Positions 13,401 through 28,200 of a DNA stretch of 64,000 bases are shown here, in pieces. The DNA is taken from the NCBI GenBank assembly GCA_030141605.1, contig JAQGDQ010000336.1, forward strand, positions 124,001-188,000. The letters are read 5' to 3'. The notes under the pieces were generated by a model, which worked only from the letters and a program-made list of their open reading frames with translations, did not search any database and was not told the DNA's origin. The stretch comes from Tubiluchus corallicola. Taxonomy: Eukaryota; Animalia; Priapulida. Position 1 is the stretch's first letter. The number at the start of each line of letters is the position of its first letter. A program made the translations under genes and the position numbers.

Positions 13401-15081
13401 ACTTGTATCTTCTCGTATGCTAAATAGTAACTTTTGCCATACTGTATAGAGAGTCTACGTTAGCACTAAGGCAATAAATCCATGCAGCATTTTATTGCCG
13501 TGCCTAAATCTCATAATATATAATACAGAAATAAATGTTTTTTCGTGATTCACCGAATACGATTTATAAAGCTCTATAAAATCATGATTGAAACAAGGAA
13601 GATGTTATCCTGACATGTTCTTTATTATTATACCTGAAAGACCAGTGTATGTAATCGCCTTGCCCTTCAGATTTGTTATGTATGCCCATTTTTCCATTTT
13701 CAGAGCGCTTCCATTGCAAGCAAGCTGTTACAAACCCTGCAATGTGTATCAGCACTGATAGAGCGTAAAGATAAAACAAGTGACTCATTGTTCTCAAACC
13801 GTTTGTTTAGAAGCGGCTTTTCAACACCTGGTTTAGCCGGATCACAGGTGAGACCTGAAATTGGGTCCTAGTTTTAGCCGTCTTAATAAGCTATAGTCAG
13901 TATTCTCAAAATCGTCCAGCACAAAAGCCGTTGAAAGGCTTAAGTTGCAAATCCTCGTCGTAGCCTACTTCTAGTTTACTGCATTTTAAAAAGTTCAACT
14001 TTTCGAAATTGGTTGTATCCATATCGTTTGCCAAGCTATGTTTCAATGTGCACCAAAGTATATTTAAACTGCGGATTAACCAAACTCACAAGAGAAAGCC
14101 TAATTGCATAAGTTACCCAAAAAGTCGAAAATAAGAAAAAAGGTCAACGTTACGATAACGAGTTGACTTTCAAGTTAAAATTGTTCTAAACGACGTAATG
14201 GAGGCAATTATCTTGCAAAACACCTTAGCTTTTCATGTTTAAATGCTACAAAGTTGTAAAATTAGTGGCGTTTCTCATGTACCGCACACACACAGTAGGG
14301 AAAGTGGGCAGTTACGAAATTTTAACAAAGTGTAAACTGCGTTTATAGTAAAAAAATGCTGTGAAGTTGCTGCAGAAAGATTTTTGTAATTGGTAACAGC
14401 CTGACAGGTAACAGGTAATTGGTAACAAGCTGATTCACGCATATCAGATTGTACATCTTAGATCAGCCAAATTTCTCTTGCAAATACACTCAACAAATTA
14501 TACACTCAACATAATATGTAAACAGATATGTAAACAGAATGATGCAAATCATATTATCATAATAATAAGCAGTATGAAAAAATTGCATACTAACTGTTTT
14601 TATGAAGGTTTAAGAGTATTTGGTGGCTTTCTTCCGTTCTGGCAAGTTTAAAGTTTTATTTGCTCTCTATTCTTTAGTTGCAGCTTCTAAAAACAGCAAG
14701 TAGAAGTCCACAGAACATTACAAAAATTAGATAGATAAACTATATGAAGGAAATAGCAATTTCAGGTATCACGGGTGCACATCCATAAGATAAAAATTAC
14801 GCTTATTTTCAAAAGGAACCTGACATATAATACAATACATTAATACACAGATAAAAGCTCACATTTCAGCAAAATTGTGACAGCAATGAAGTGAGCAAGA
14901 AAATGAAGCGAGCAACAAACCAAAGCAGGTCGTTTATGAAGTAAGAATTAGAGTCATGGGTGTCACTGGTTAACAGGTGTCAACAAGTGTGTTTATATAA
15001 TATATTGAAAAATTCACTTAGTACAAAATTTGACTAGACACGAATGGCAAGACCAGATGAGCCGTAATTTTTTAAAATATA

Positions 15082-15662
15082 TCAGGTGGCGCAAAAAATT
15101 ACGGTAACAAAAGAGTAACCGAATAAATTGAAAATTGCTGCATTGATATTACAGATGCTTTTGTATAAACAGCAAAAAATTTGTCATTCCCTTAGACGTT
15201 TTCAAAGATTCAGGAAGTTTAAAGAGCTACTAAAAAATAAATGCATAAATGCTGGAAATAACTTTGTGTCTCCATTGCTGTAATTTATAAGTGCTCTATG
15301 TGCCCACGTTTTCTCGCTTCTTTAAGGTGGTTGATTCCAGCACTCAACAGTTTTTGCCTTTAGTTCCTCTGTATCAAGTAGATTTGTGCGGCCATTGTAC
15401 ACTTTCTCTTTAAGGGAATTCAAGATAACATAATCCAGAGGATTAAGCCGCATTTTTTGGCAACAAATCTTTCTTAACGCTTTTTTTCTCTGGTGATGAC
15501 CATGATGTAAACTGGTTGATTCTTTTATTGTTTTGCTCCACGTATTGAGTGCTATAGATGTCACTGAACGTGGCTGTTTTCCCGTTGATGATTAGCTGAC
15601 ATTGTTCCGCTCTAATCTTTTATTCTAGTCTAAACTTCGTCACATTTTTTTGCACCACGCGA
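15082..15662 (-). mobile_element. Internally deleted Tc1/mariner element
   Basis: TA-flanked imperfect TIRs (TA-TCAGGTGGCGCAAAAAA / TTTTTTGCACCACGCGA-TA). ORF 15322-15564 encodes [17 protein letters not shown]...EELK...ECW, matching the (SPD)LNPxD/E C-terminal block of Tc1/mariner transposases. Confidence 0.8.
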
Positions 15663-18600
15663 TACATACACGCTTTCTTTATATAGGTTGACCAGAACAG
15701 AAAGATATTTTTCAGAGTAGATTTGAATCTCGTTTCACTTCTAATTGTGGACCCCTGTTGTAAAAGATGTTATGCACTAAGGTCAGTGTTAAAAGGTTCG
15801 CATTTAAAAGGTTGTCAGGTTTCTTTTGTCTGACATGTTTTCTAGGTTCCGCTTGACAGAATCATCTTACTAGTTTATTTTGGATAACTTGAAGATTTTG
15901 CACAGACGTATTATCAAAACTGTAATACAAGATGGAACTTCTTAATTGAACTGTGGATTTGAAGTATATAAAGAGAAACCAACTGTCCCCTTCAGATAAG
16001 TGGAAAAATATTTTGAATGGTTGATTGCTTGTGTAAAAATTGAAATCTGGAGTTAATCTGAACTCTGAACCATTTTTTGCACAAGATAAGAGCTATTCAT
16101 CGTCTGATCGTCACTCAAAGATACCTTATGGAGTTGCTTCCACAATTCACATATCGTTTTAAAAACCATTTAAATTCACTAAAATAGATTTATCATTTTA
16201 CACTAGACGCTAATAAGCTAGTCTCACACTTTCCAGTATGTAAAGCAAGATTATTTTGAATAAGACAGCTATTACAAGACCAATTCTTCTGTTATTTTCT
16301 TATAAGCTTATCATTTTCAAACATTTCACTTGTTAAACCAAATATATGAAAGTGATGTGTCACCTCCTGTCCAGATGATTATTTGTTTGGGTGTCCGCGT
16401 GTTTGTAAATTATTCATGTTTTAAATAGAACTTCTAGCAACTACAGGTAAGCTTAGATTAAAGCTTGCGATTTTTAACAACTAATTCGGGTAGCAATGGG
16501 ATCTGCCTCATAAAATTATAAAATCTGTTAGGTCTGCATTTCAGATCCTATAATAATAATTTAATTGTATTAAAAGTTAGCGTAATAATGATGCATGTAC
16601 TTTAATTTCTAAACTTGAATCAGCTTTCCAAAATATCATGTAGCTGATATATGTTGCAAAAACCATCACATCTAATGACTATATGGGAAGACCTAATTAA
16701 CTTGAATTAAAGGCGAGTATAAAATTAAATCGCAACTCGTTCTTTATACCTACTAAAATGAAAACAAAACTTGTGAATTTGTCTTTTTCTTTATGGCTGC
16801 TAGGAAAATATTTTTAATCCGGTATTTCTGTTTCAACCCGTTTTATCGATCTCGGTTTTCATTCATTGTATAACTGATTAGTAAGTAAGCCAGTAGTGGT
16901 TTCCTTAATGAAGAATTGCGTAACAGGTCTCTTGTACTGAACAGCACCCTAATTAATGTTGTCTAATGGGTAACTCGTGTTGAAATACATTATTGACGAA
17001 CCGTGTTTAATGGCGGTTGCAAAATATAGAAACTTGGCGTGTTCTTCAAATTTACCCGTGCTTATTGCGCAACATGAGCTTTAAAAACTACTCGAGTTAA
17101 GCAAGGCTATTATGTGTTAATCGCTTTTTGGCTAATCTGAGGAAAAGTGTACAAATACAGTTAATGAGAAAAAGCTAGGCGCATATATAATCACTTAGTA
17201 ACTTGCACTTGTGCAGTGAGGTTAATATCGTATTTCGTGTCACGAGATCTGACAAGAAGCAGTTATACAATGTGTGTGTAAAATCTCCAGCACGGAAACT
17301 GTTTAACGTTACATCAGAAATGACTTTCAAAAGCAAACACATTTTTTTGCAAAAAAAAATCAATTTAAAAATTTCAGTTAAAATTACAAGCCATCCCATT
17401 TTGATCTCGAGTAAAATTTTTGTTTGTTTGGCTTGCCATTGATGTTATTGAAGATTGCTAAGTAGGTTATATGCACATTGGTTGACAGTTGTGCTATACG
17501 AAATCCCTTACATGTAACTAAAATGCACTTACATCCCAAATGGCTTCGTTTAGGTAAAGCAATTAGCAATAAAATTTAAAAATATGTAACGTTTAACATA
17601 TGGAATAAAAAATGAACTACTAATTAATACTATTATATATCTAAGTCATGTACAGACTATAGACCCAGCTTTGAGTTGACGGTTGACATAAAAGATTAAA
17701 GTTTATGGAATAGCTCTCGTTGATTGACACTTTGATGTTTCAATTTGATGTTTTCTGTGGTAGATGAAGATTAAAACATGCGCGCTGTTATTTTGTATCA
17801 CGTGAATTAAGACTCGTCATTGGCGATCAGCCAAATTCAACCAAGACTATGAGGTCAGAACACCAGACGTGAGGGATTGTTTTTTATTACGAGTTCCTCT
17901 GTAATAATTACGAGTTCATTGTAGACGAACCAGACCCTAATTATTACCTTGCTTAATTTGACAATTTTTCTGAATAAACAGCTAAACTGACAAGAGTCTT
18001 TCGTTTTTCTCTCTCGATAATAACTCTCGTTTTCATCAATTAACTTTGCGTTTTGCTTTCCTTTACATGATGGTCTGTGGTCACCTTCTTTCATGATCTT
18101 ATATGCCACTTTTTCGCTTGCCTTCATGCTACGTCAAGTCTTTTTAAGTCAACTTAAGTTTCAAGTGCCCTTTCAGAACATCTTTAAATCGCTGTTTTTT
18201 TAACTCCGACTCTTCGAGATTCTTGAGCAATTTCTAGCTTTCTATATAAGCAATCGGCGCCCTTTATTAGAGATATAATTAACACTATATTGAGAACGCT
18301 GGATGCGGTTATCTACTCAATCTCAAAGCTTTGCTGTTTTGCCGCTGTTTTTATACTCGATACGTGAGCACGTTTAAGAACTTCTGCATTTGGAGCATGG
18401 TCCTTATAGGAGATATTTAGAATTTAACTGAAAAGCCTTAGTTTATAAATTAGGCTCTGGTGTTAGGCTATGATTAAGTAAGTCAGCCATTTACTTCTGC
18501 TGCCCTGTAAACTCTGGACTTCATTGTGAGTGTTGAGTCACGTGATGTCCCAGGTCCTTTTTTGCATAAATTAATTTTTTCCTTTATTAATTTATTTCAT

Positions 18601-20339
18601 TTAATATATTTGGTCATAAATTTAGCACAAAAATGCAACTCGAATTTAACCTACTTTACATTATAATCCATGTGTTTGTTAGGTAATTGGGTGCAGAGAC
18701 CTTGCTATAGCAGTAAGTATAAATGGAACTATAAATCATAATCAGCATGCACAGCTAAAGGTCATAGAAGCGTAAATCCCATCTACCTGTTTTTGATTTA
18801 TGTTCATATTTAAATTTAACAATTGAATTTGCTATATTTGTGAATTTTAACATGTTGTGGAAATCAAAATTAACAGTTGCTGTTTAAATAAGACTCTTCT
18901 GAAACTTATACAAAAGTTTTTTTTCCTAATGGTTCTTTCTGCAGTCTTCGCTTAATAAACATTGTGTGTACTACTAATTTATGCTAAGAACAAATCATGC
19001 TGTTTTTCTTTAGAAATGTCCATGCAGAGTCCAGGATTGTCCACTCAAATTTGAATAGATGATATTGGATCGGTTAATTTCTTATTTAGTTTGGCATTTT
19101 ACTGGCTGTGATTTAGCACTCAAGGTAGTTTGTTATGGCCGATCTAACTCATTATCAAGAATAATTCGTTAATTCGAAGATGAGGCACTAGACCAGCAGA
19201 TGTTTGAGGACCGGGTGTTTTAACACGCTCATGGCTTGTATGTTTCATTCTATACCGTTATGCACTCAAACAAATCAAAATGAAAGATTTTTGTTGAGAT
19301 TTTACATAAAAGCGATGCCCAGCAACAACCTCCTGTTCACCAGTTCACGTTTAACATCTCTATGCTGCTTTTGGAAATTCTAAACAGTTTACTTCTTCGG
19401 AAATTTTCCGTCATTTGCTGGTACCTCACAGCGTGTGATTCAATTAAAGTTCGTCTGCAAGCGCTCATGGGGTAAAGGACAGCAAAAAGAATTCCATACG
19501 CGCATTTTCCCACAAAGAATCACTAATATTTCCATTATGTGTCTTCAAGTGGCATAATTAACGTCTTTAAAGCTCCAACCTGTATTGTGTTCCTTCAATT
19601 CTGTGCTATGCAGTGTCATACTATTATACAGACATAATGATCTCTCCCATTATCTTGCAGCTGTACGTATGGTCAAGCCATTTGCAATATTATAGAGGTG
19701 TAATATACCTGGTACTAGTGCAAAGTTGAAAGGTCATTCTACAACATGGAGATCGCTATAGGACTGTAAATACAGAAAAAAGAGAACGCGTACAGCCCAT
19801 CTAATCCAGAGAAATAATTATAAAAATCTACTTTGTTCATTAAATTTTTGCTGCATCTATGCTTGGGTTTTATTAATGCAGTGCAATAGTAGGTATTTAT
19901 TTTTTATTCTCATCGCAGCAACTGTTTGCATAACCACCCTTGAAAACTTTGTGAAAATTATAGAGAATACCTGCCGGTATAAAGGTTGCCATGACACCGG
20001 ATAACAGGCTAAAGGCCAATGAAATGGCAATGAAATTTTACAGATATTCTATAATAACACCGTTAATTTGTAATAATAATAGTGGTTTACTGAATATACT
20101 GTGTGTTTTACAACTTCGCGGCTGTTTTCAGTAAGAAGGAAGTGTAATAATTTGTCCTTTAAAATATTACGTGAATTAGCTTCTGTCAGAGAAAAACCAT
20201 GTAGGTGAACGTGTTTGCTTGACATTTTCTCGGCACTTATTACTTCGGTGCTTACAATTTTAGCGAACAACCGGGCATTTACTTCAAAAGCGGGAGTTGC
20301 CGCAGTGGTGCAATGAAGATTTACTAGGCGTCGCCATCG

Positions 20340-20480
20340 TCGACCTTGCTGTTGCTGTCTCATAACCATTGTTATTGCTGTTTGTTGTGGTTGCTGTAAT
20401 TGCTTTGTTATTGTCATTGTTGTTGTAGTTATTGTTGCCGTAGTCGTCGTTGTCATCGCCACTACTGCGGTTGCTGTTGT
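20340..20480. repeat. Degenerate (GTT/GCT)n low-complexity tract
   Basis: Triplet repeats that explain ORFs 20049-20462 and 20284-20634. Confidence 0.75.
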
Positions 20481-20660
20481 GGATGCCGATTTTTGTCATG
20501 CAGCAAACTAGGCTGTAATGCGAGGCATTGGGTACTCGCTTATTGAATTGTTTCTGTTCAATTGACGTCAAACATATTGGTCTATCGCCCCGCCCCCGCT
20601 GCAACGCAAGCACGCTCAGCAGCATTCGGGACAACAGCTCACGCAGGACAATTGTCTAAG

Positions 20661-20800
20661 CTAAACTAAACTAAACTAAACTAAACTAAACTAAACTAAA
20701 CTAAACTAAACTAAACTAAACTAAACTAAACTAAACTAAACTAAACTAAACTAAACTAAACTAAACTAAACTAAACTAAACTAAACTAAACTAAACTAAA
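20661..20800. repeat. Perfect (CTAAA)28 pentanucleotide microsatellite
   Basis: 140 bp of uninterrupted CTAAA. Confidence 0.95.
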
Positions 20801-22185
20801 CAACATGACAGTCACAATTAATGTCTGATCAGCAGGCAACTGATTGCTCTTTTTCATTCTTTTTCAGAGCAGCAGCTATTTTAACACGAAACTAACACTT
20901 CAAGTAGCCAAAAAATGAGTTTCAATTTAAACAGAATGTTGCGACGAAGTTTCAAAGCATTGCAAAATACAGAGACATAAATGTAATAAAGAAACTAAGC
21001 CAGTTAGCCTTGCCTTACAATAAATGAGTAACAAAAATATTAAGTCTTTCTTGCCTTTAAACATACGAACATCTAGCCTGCGATGTAGTTTTCTATATTA
21101 ATTAGCCATGTGCTCGTCTGCCAGATTTATTAAGTTTTTGTATTTTGCCGTTTGTCAGGCTACGGAAATCGAATAAATTTGACTGTTCCATTCCATAGAT
21201 GACTCTTATATTGAATGCCCGAGTCACATAAGTGCCAATGGTAGCTTTTACCATGATTATAACCAGAAAAATAGCGTAAAATTAGCTAATATTACATTGA
21301 TGCATATTATAAGTTTTGGCCATATTTGAATTAATTTTGACTGTGAAGATCTCATTGAGGTTTATAAAAACTGGCCAGAAAAGAAAACACTTTGTTTTGT
21401 CATTATTTAAAGTTAATCAAATAGTTATTTTTATTTAACTTACAAAGCCATAAACTAAACTAAATTGCGTATTTTCTTTTATTGCAAAACGGTTTAATCA
21501 GCAACTCATAGACGTAAGCGTTGTGAATTTCTCCCTATAAACGAAACTAGACTATATATTTCCACCAATTCAGTTGCAATTTCAATTGACAATAATAAAA
21601 TCTAGAATCAGGTTAATATTTCTCCCGCTAACTAATGAAAAGTTGAGCATCTTTCATAACAGTGTTAGACGGAGCTGTAGCTGAATGTCCCGAACGTATC
21701 TGCTGCATGGGTGTATGAAATGACCCTGCAACCTGAATGGGCAGTCAATTGCCTAGATATATCACTTAAAACGATACTTACCCAGTTGCCAAGGAAACCG
21801 TGTTTTCGTAAAAATTAGAATACAGAATAACTCTATTGTGACGTTACGGTATAAAAATTAGCTAAGAGTTGAACAACAACGAGAACGAAAACGAGACCGA
21901 CCGTTTCTTGGGCTTATACTGGTGCAAACACCTACTGCCCGTTTTATATTCATTATTTTTAGAAAGCTTCACTTTAATTTATAAGCTCAGTTGCTGTTAA
22001 TGAACTTTCTGCCTAATTTATGTTTTAATGAAAAAGCTTGCAAGGTTTTTTGCTGAAAATAATTGACAGGTCCGTCCATCGTGTAACTGAAGTTATGGCA
22101 AGAAATACTGGATAAAGCAGAACAATGTTGGCGGCAATGTAGCTACAACAATGGTTCGGGAAAAGGTTCAGCTTCACCAATTGTC

Positions 22186-22252
22186 ATGACACATAATCAT
22201 ATATTTTTCATCGTTTCTGTGGCTATTATAGCTTCAGCAACCCGTAGTCAAG
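22186..22252 (+). CDS. Cadherin exon 1 (signal peptide)
   Basis: [22 protein letters not shown]; donor G|GTAAGA, phase 1. Confidence 0.75.
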
Positions 22253-25200
22253 GTAAGAATTAATTAATCAGTTGTTCAGCTTCTTGGCAATTGAAGCGAA
22301 ACGATGTTTTCATACCTTTATAAGCATTGTATATTACATGTTCTGATATATGGAAAATTTAACTATATAAATAATATGTAGCGATAATGTAGCTATGGTT
22401 AGATATGTGTGTATTCACAATTGTCACATTTGTGTGAAAAAAGTAAATTTACAACCTGTTGTAGCAGCAGGTAAAAGCGGAACTCCAGCGGGTTGTCAAG
22501 TAAATTGGTTAATTAAAAAGCTATTCACCAGAAGTAGTTACTTTTTCTTTGTATCTGTGTAAGTGTATACGTGCCTGTTCGTTTTTCAGATTTGTGTGAC
22601 CACAAGGGACCTCCTGGGCCTGTTTTCTTTGAAGCGTTAGAAACAGAAACAGTTGGTAATTACGAATTTTTACTTGCTGTTTATTTTTCGCGTACTTAGC
22701 TTAAAGTAAGCTTATTTTTTGGAACTGAGAATTAAAATTACTTTTAATTTTCCATAGGCCGATGTTAGTTTAAATTTGTAAAAGCGCCAACTCTCACATT
22801 TATTGTTTATCATAAATTTTTCTTGTGTAAATGAAAATAATTGCGTGGAATACGAAATCAGGTCAGTTATTTTATAATTGTTATAGAATATTCTACCCAT
22901 GAATTATTGGACGAATAGGCCTATTATTTTGTATGATTATCGCAATCCTATTGTGGCTATATGAGTGGCATAAGAGCTATAAGTGAATATAATAGATTAT
23001 TATATTAAGGTTCCATGTATATTATTAGTTAGTGATATTTATTTTAGTGTTATGCATTTTTTGGCATTCTAGGTCACGTGGTGGGAAAATTAGACATACA
23101 TGGTTCTAAAACAGAGATTGAACTGGAACAAGTGAACCAGCATGATTTAATTGCGCTCGATCCAGCCACAAGAGAAATCAAACTTATATCGGATTTGCAC
23201 ACTTTTGTGAGTCAGCTGAAAAGGCGTTTCGCACGTTTGCTAACAGTTTGAACGTTTATTTAATCACACTTGTATTTTTGCTGGTCACATTTTTGTAATC
23301 TTTTTGCATGTATATAATATTCTTGAAATTTTTGAATGGATGAACATAAAATTTTCTATTTTTTTAGTCTTTTCATGCATTGGTGAGTATTGCAGTTACT
23401 TTAGGATACAGGATCGTTAGGCTTAGCCCAGTGGTCACTCAAAATAATTAAACTTTCAAAAAATCTTCAGTGTTTGGAGTTTCGCTTGTTTTGCCAGTTG
23501 ATTATTCTCTCAAAGTATTTTAATTCAATAGTGAAACTATTTTAAAAAAGAATTATCCCCAACACTATTCCTACTTATAACCAAAACAGTAATGTTAATT
23601 CAAATCATAACCCTGACATAACCAGCCTTAACTGTTAGTTAAAGGCAGGTTAATCCTAAAACAGAAACATTGGGCTGAGGAACTACTGGGTGGAGACTGA
23701 GACTATAATATAAAACGCCCTGGCCGATCAACAAAGTTAAAAACGCAATATCCTGGTTATGCCATAAAGTTATTAAAGATAAACTTTTTTTATCCAGTAT
23801 GGGTGTGACGCCCAATAATTCTGATCATGAGACAGAATTAAAGGCTAAACTTCATGTTCATTGTTCACACTTAGCAGGTTTATTTTGATGGTGTTCCACT
23901 GTCTTTATTATATAAAGACGCTGACGCAGAGCAATAACTAGGGTCTTTTTTGTTATTCAGATGCAAAATGTGAGTGATCCTGTCAATAATCCCCCAGTTA
24001 TTGCACTGAACATTCGCTGTATTGTGAAAGCTTCTAATAAGGTAAATAAGTATTGATTTGCTCTCTGCTGCATAGTAAACATTTAAAAACGTTGTTTGTG
24101 CTTGCTTGATGTAAACGGCAATAATTGGCTGGCTGCCAGCCTTAGTAATTATTAACATCATTTTATTTCGAATATACTTTACATAAGTAATTCATAAAAA
24201 AGTGTTATCGTTCAAGATTATTTACACAGTTAGTAATAAAACAACATAACGATAGTAAAAATAATTAATGGCCCAGTATTTCTGACAAAATATATAAGCA
24301 GTACAGTTTCTTGCAAATTAACATGTTACAATGTAATCTAGAATTGATTGCAGCTATGCTGTGTTTAAAAAAATGAAATCATTACATTCTAAGCATTCGA
24401 CGCAGTCTCTAGCCATATTAACAATTACCGTTGGTTTCTTATTAAAGCTTTTTTCCTCACAGATCACCTTGCCAAAATATTATATCCATTATCTAACTGA
24501 TAACTATTATAGTTCAGATAACTACTACATACTATAATTATATCTACTTCGGCACTTGTTTACTCAAAAATCTAATAAAATTTAGCGTGAATAGCACAAA
24601 TCAACGTGGTCCAAAATTTTGAAACGTGTTAGTACCGCAATTACAGTTATAATTTTCAAATTCACTTTACTTTTTGCAGCAACAAATAATACCGGTGAAA
24701 GTGGAAATCTTAGACGTAAATGACAACGCTCCGTACTTTCTGAATACACCGTACTTCAGCAATATTAGCGAGGTAAATATAAGAGAAATGTTGTGTTTTG
24801 CGTGCAATAAAATACACTATGAGAAATACGCTATGTTACGAAGTTTTGGTCACGATATTATAAGAAGAAAATAGCGAAATGGCTTGAAAATTGCCACACT
24901 GATGTCTGATGTTATAGACGCTTGTGAATAAACACGAAAGATTTTAGGTCATTTCCTTGGACGTTCCCAAAGATAAAGAAGTTTTAAAACAACGAGTCAG
25001 AAAATTAATGCTGTAAAAATGCTTGTATTAATACTGTTACAGCGAATGCTACTCGCAATTGTAATAAATTAGTCATGCCTAAAATTCGAATAGAACACAA
25101 ACGTTCAGCAATGCCTGTTGTAATTAGAACCATAAATAGTAATGCCTTACTTCTTTCTAAATTGTAGTAATAGACATATTGCTACAGTTGGTCGTTTTTT

Positions 25201-28200
25201 TTTTCTTGCAAGTTTTTTTTTTGCAAGTAATGACTCTTGTGCAATTTTGTGTTTACTCCTTAAGTGTTTTTATTACTCTTTTTTCTATATTTTTGTTGTA
25301 TTCACACCTTTGATGTCAGTTGTTGCTGCTATGGTGTGGTTATTTAATAAAACCTATTGGTTTATTTATGAAGTGCTCTATGCGTTTTCCATTTTCATTG
25401 CAAGCTAGACGAAGGCATTTCTTCCAACATAGAGTTGACATAGTTTATCACCTCTTTAAGTGGTATTTAGTCCCAGCACTCACTAAGTTTTGCTTTTATT
25501 TCCTTTGCATCAAACGGTTCTACGTGGCATCCGTACACTTTCTCTTTAAGGGAATTTCAGATACCATAGTCCAGTAGATATAGACAAATCCTTATCATCG
25601 CTTTTTCTGAGGTCAAGACCATGATGTAAACTGTAAAATTTCTTTATTGTTTTGTAGCTATGTAGTGAGTGCTTTATGCGTCTACAATCTCTGAATTGCT
25701 GGCATTGTTCCTGCTTTTAATTTTTTAACGTGTAAAAGTTTTTCGACCTTAACTTAAAAACTCTTAAAACTGTAAACTTGTAACTTTCGCAGCCCAAAGC
25801 CAACTGTACTGTAATATCATGCTGCGAAATTTCTGTTTTGCTTCTAATATTACTTTAGTCTAAACTTCGATCTCAATTTTTTGAGCCAACAGATAGATAG
25901 CGCAAGAAACGGAACCTTTTGCCAAATTTCTTCTATTTTGTGTTTTTCATTGCTTTGTTTCGCGGTTTTTCGGCGCTTAGTCCCTTAGTGATTCTGTTTT
26001 ATTTGTGTTACAGTAAAAGACAAAAATTTTGCACATTTTGTGTACTTTTCTGATTTTTTTTTATCTATTTCCACTTTTCTTTGTTGAAATCAGCTTTGGA
26101 AAACATGATTTTCAAGAATATTACGTGGTTAATATAAATAATATACAAACCCTACATCTATACTTGGTGTGGGGGGAACTTACCCTATTTATATTTAGGC
26201 GAATATTTCCTACTTATGTTTAATGATCGTGGAATAATTTACGACTCGTGTAAACTTGTTTAGTCTACTTCCTGATTATAGTGTTACCAGGTAAAGGTAT
26301 TCTTAGTGCACTCTTAACCTATTATCCCCATCATGATGACTAGTTCGTATTTTTAAATTTGTTTTGGAGTCACATTCGTTAATAATGGACGAATTTTTAA
26401 GAATGCTTTATAGGCCTTTCATGTAAGTGAGTAGTGACAGAATTAAGACAAATTTTGTGCTCCATTTGTGACATTTAGCTAATTAGCATATTAATACAAG
26501 TAGCAGGTTTAACTCTGGGAACAAATAATGTATAAAGAGGGGGAAAATTTATAAGTGTACAGGGTGTTAGAAAATTTCTACTCGTTGCACTTAAAAGTAA
26601 TCACAAATAGATATAAACCTTTTTAATGTTTTAATCATTGTAATAATTTTCGTTTAATATGTTTTTTAAATTCTTCCCACTCTTTATTGTCACAAATCAA
26701 ACATCGACGTGCTAAGTTCTTGAAGAAATGACTCGCGTACCTTCTTTGAGAAATCAACACAAACTACTTCTCTGTCCATTACCTTGCGAATTACTTTATA
26801 CTCAAAATTGAATGCTTTTTCTTATGTTTTTTACGCTTATCCCGATACCCTTTATTGTTAAGTGGCTTGTTGCTCTTAATATTTTGGAATTTATTTGTAT
26901 GGTTCTGAAGAATTTTTTTTTAAATTTATTTTTCAGATGACTCTGGTCGGCTACACAATTTTTGATATCCACGCTGCTGATAATGACTTTAGTTATCCAA
27001 ACAACTTTATTTATTTTGAAATTGAACAAGGACCATTTTCTGTGAGTGACTCATGTTTGAATTTGTTATTTTACTTAAAAACAATGGAAATTGAGAAGTA
27101 AATGAACATTAAGTTTTATTTTAATTACAACGTGAACTATTTTTAGCTGAACTTCTGTGTCTTTTTATATAATGAAATGATTAAAATTACTCAGTTAAAC
27201 CACTTCGTTAAACTATAAGTTTTTAATCCCCACTCATTTAAATCACCAGCATTGTATAATTAGCTTTTTAATAATTACATAGGACTATGTAGCCCTTCCC
27301 AACGAATACGAGGGGAAAATTGTTTTACGAAAACAGCTGGACTTTCGAGAATTTTCTTTTTTCTTCGTGACTGTCAAAGTCTTGGTAAGTTGTTGAATGA
27401 GAATTTGACAAGTTATGTAATTTTTATCTCACATAAATGCAATCTAAGAAGACAGTGGCTTTTGTTATTACATTCGAAGGTGTTTTATGTTGCTAAAGAT
27501 CAAGCATGTTAGATTGTGATAAAATATTGTCTGGCAATTTAGATAAAGCGTGCGCGCAGTAAGAGATTGCTAGCTTACGTATAACAATACATCAGAAGTG
27601 TGTCGCTCAAGGGCGCCGTTTTTGCTTAAAGCCCAAGAAAACCCTCCACTTATATAAAGCTTAAAAAATTCGTCTTGAAATTTTATATCATTTACTTACT
27701 GCCTTTTGCCGTGCAGGATTTGCATCGGCCGTAACGTCGTATAAAACTTGTAAATTTAAACTCCCGCCATGACCGTTAGGCGCAGTCATTTTAATGGTAG
27801 GTCGTTTGAATTAAGCTTAGAGAACATTGCGTGAAATTTGAACAAATAATCGGAACATTCGTAGCACACACGTCACTAACTAAATAAAATATTAAATTAC
27901 TGTATCGTGTCAATAAGATTAAAAATACGTTTTTGGTTAGTGAGTGGCGCACCCTGGAGGGTGAGTCAGCGACATTTTACCAATTGGTACGAACATTTTA
28001 AATTATTATTCTTAGTTACATAAGTCTTTTCAGCAGGTAAGCGAAATGTTAAGTAATATAGATTTGCATGGAAATTTTTTTTCGGACATAATTTAACATT
28101 GCCTTTCCTTTCCCTGATTTATGTTTGCACAGTGACGTCATGTAATGGCGTCATCGGAACAGTAATGCGGGAAATTTAAAATGAAAACACAAAAATTCCT

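Noticed and set aside
20661-20800. (CTAAA)n as a telomere or CRISPR-like array
   Set aside because: It is a perfect interstitial microsatellite with no spacers and is not the TTAGGG or TTAGG motif.
23798-23878. Exon-like segment [26 protein letters not shown] after TATCCAG
   Set aside because: It needs phase 2 at entry and phase 1 at exit, which is incompatible with the flanking phase-0 exons. Exon 23961-24041 fits and supplies the conserved Cys.
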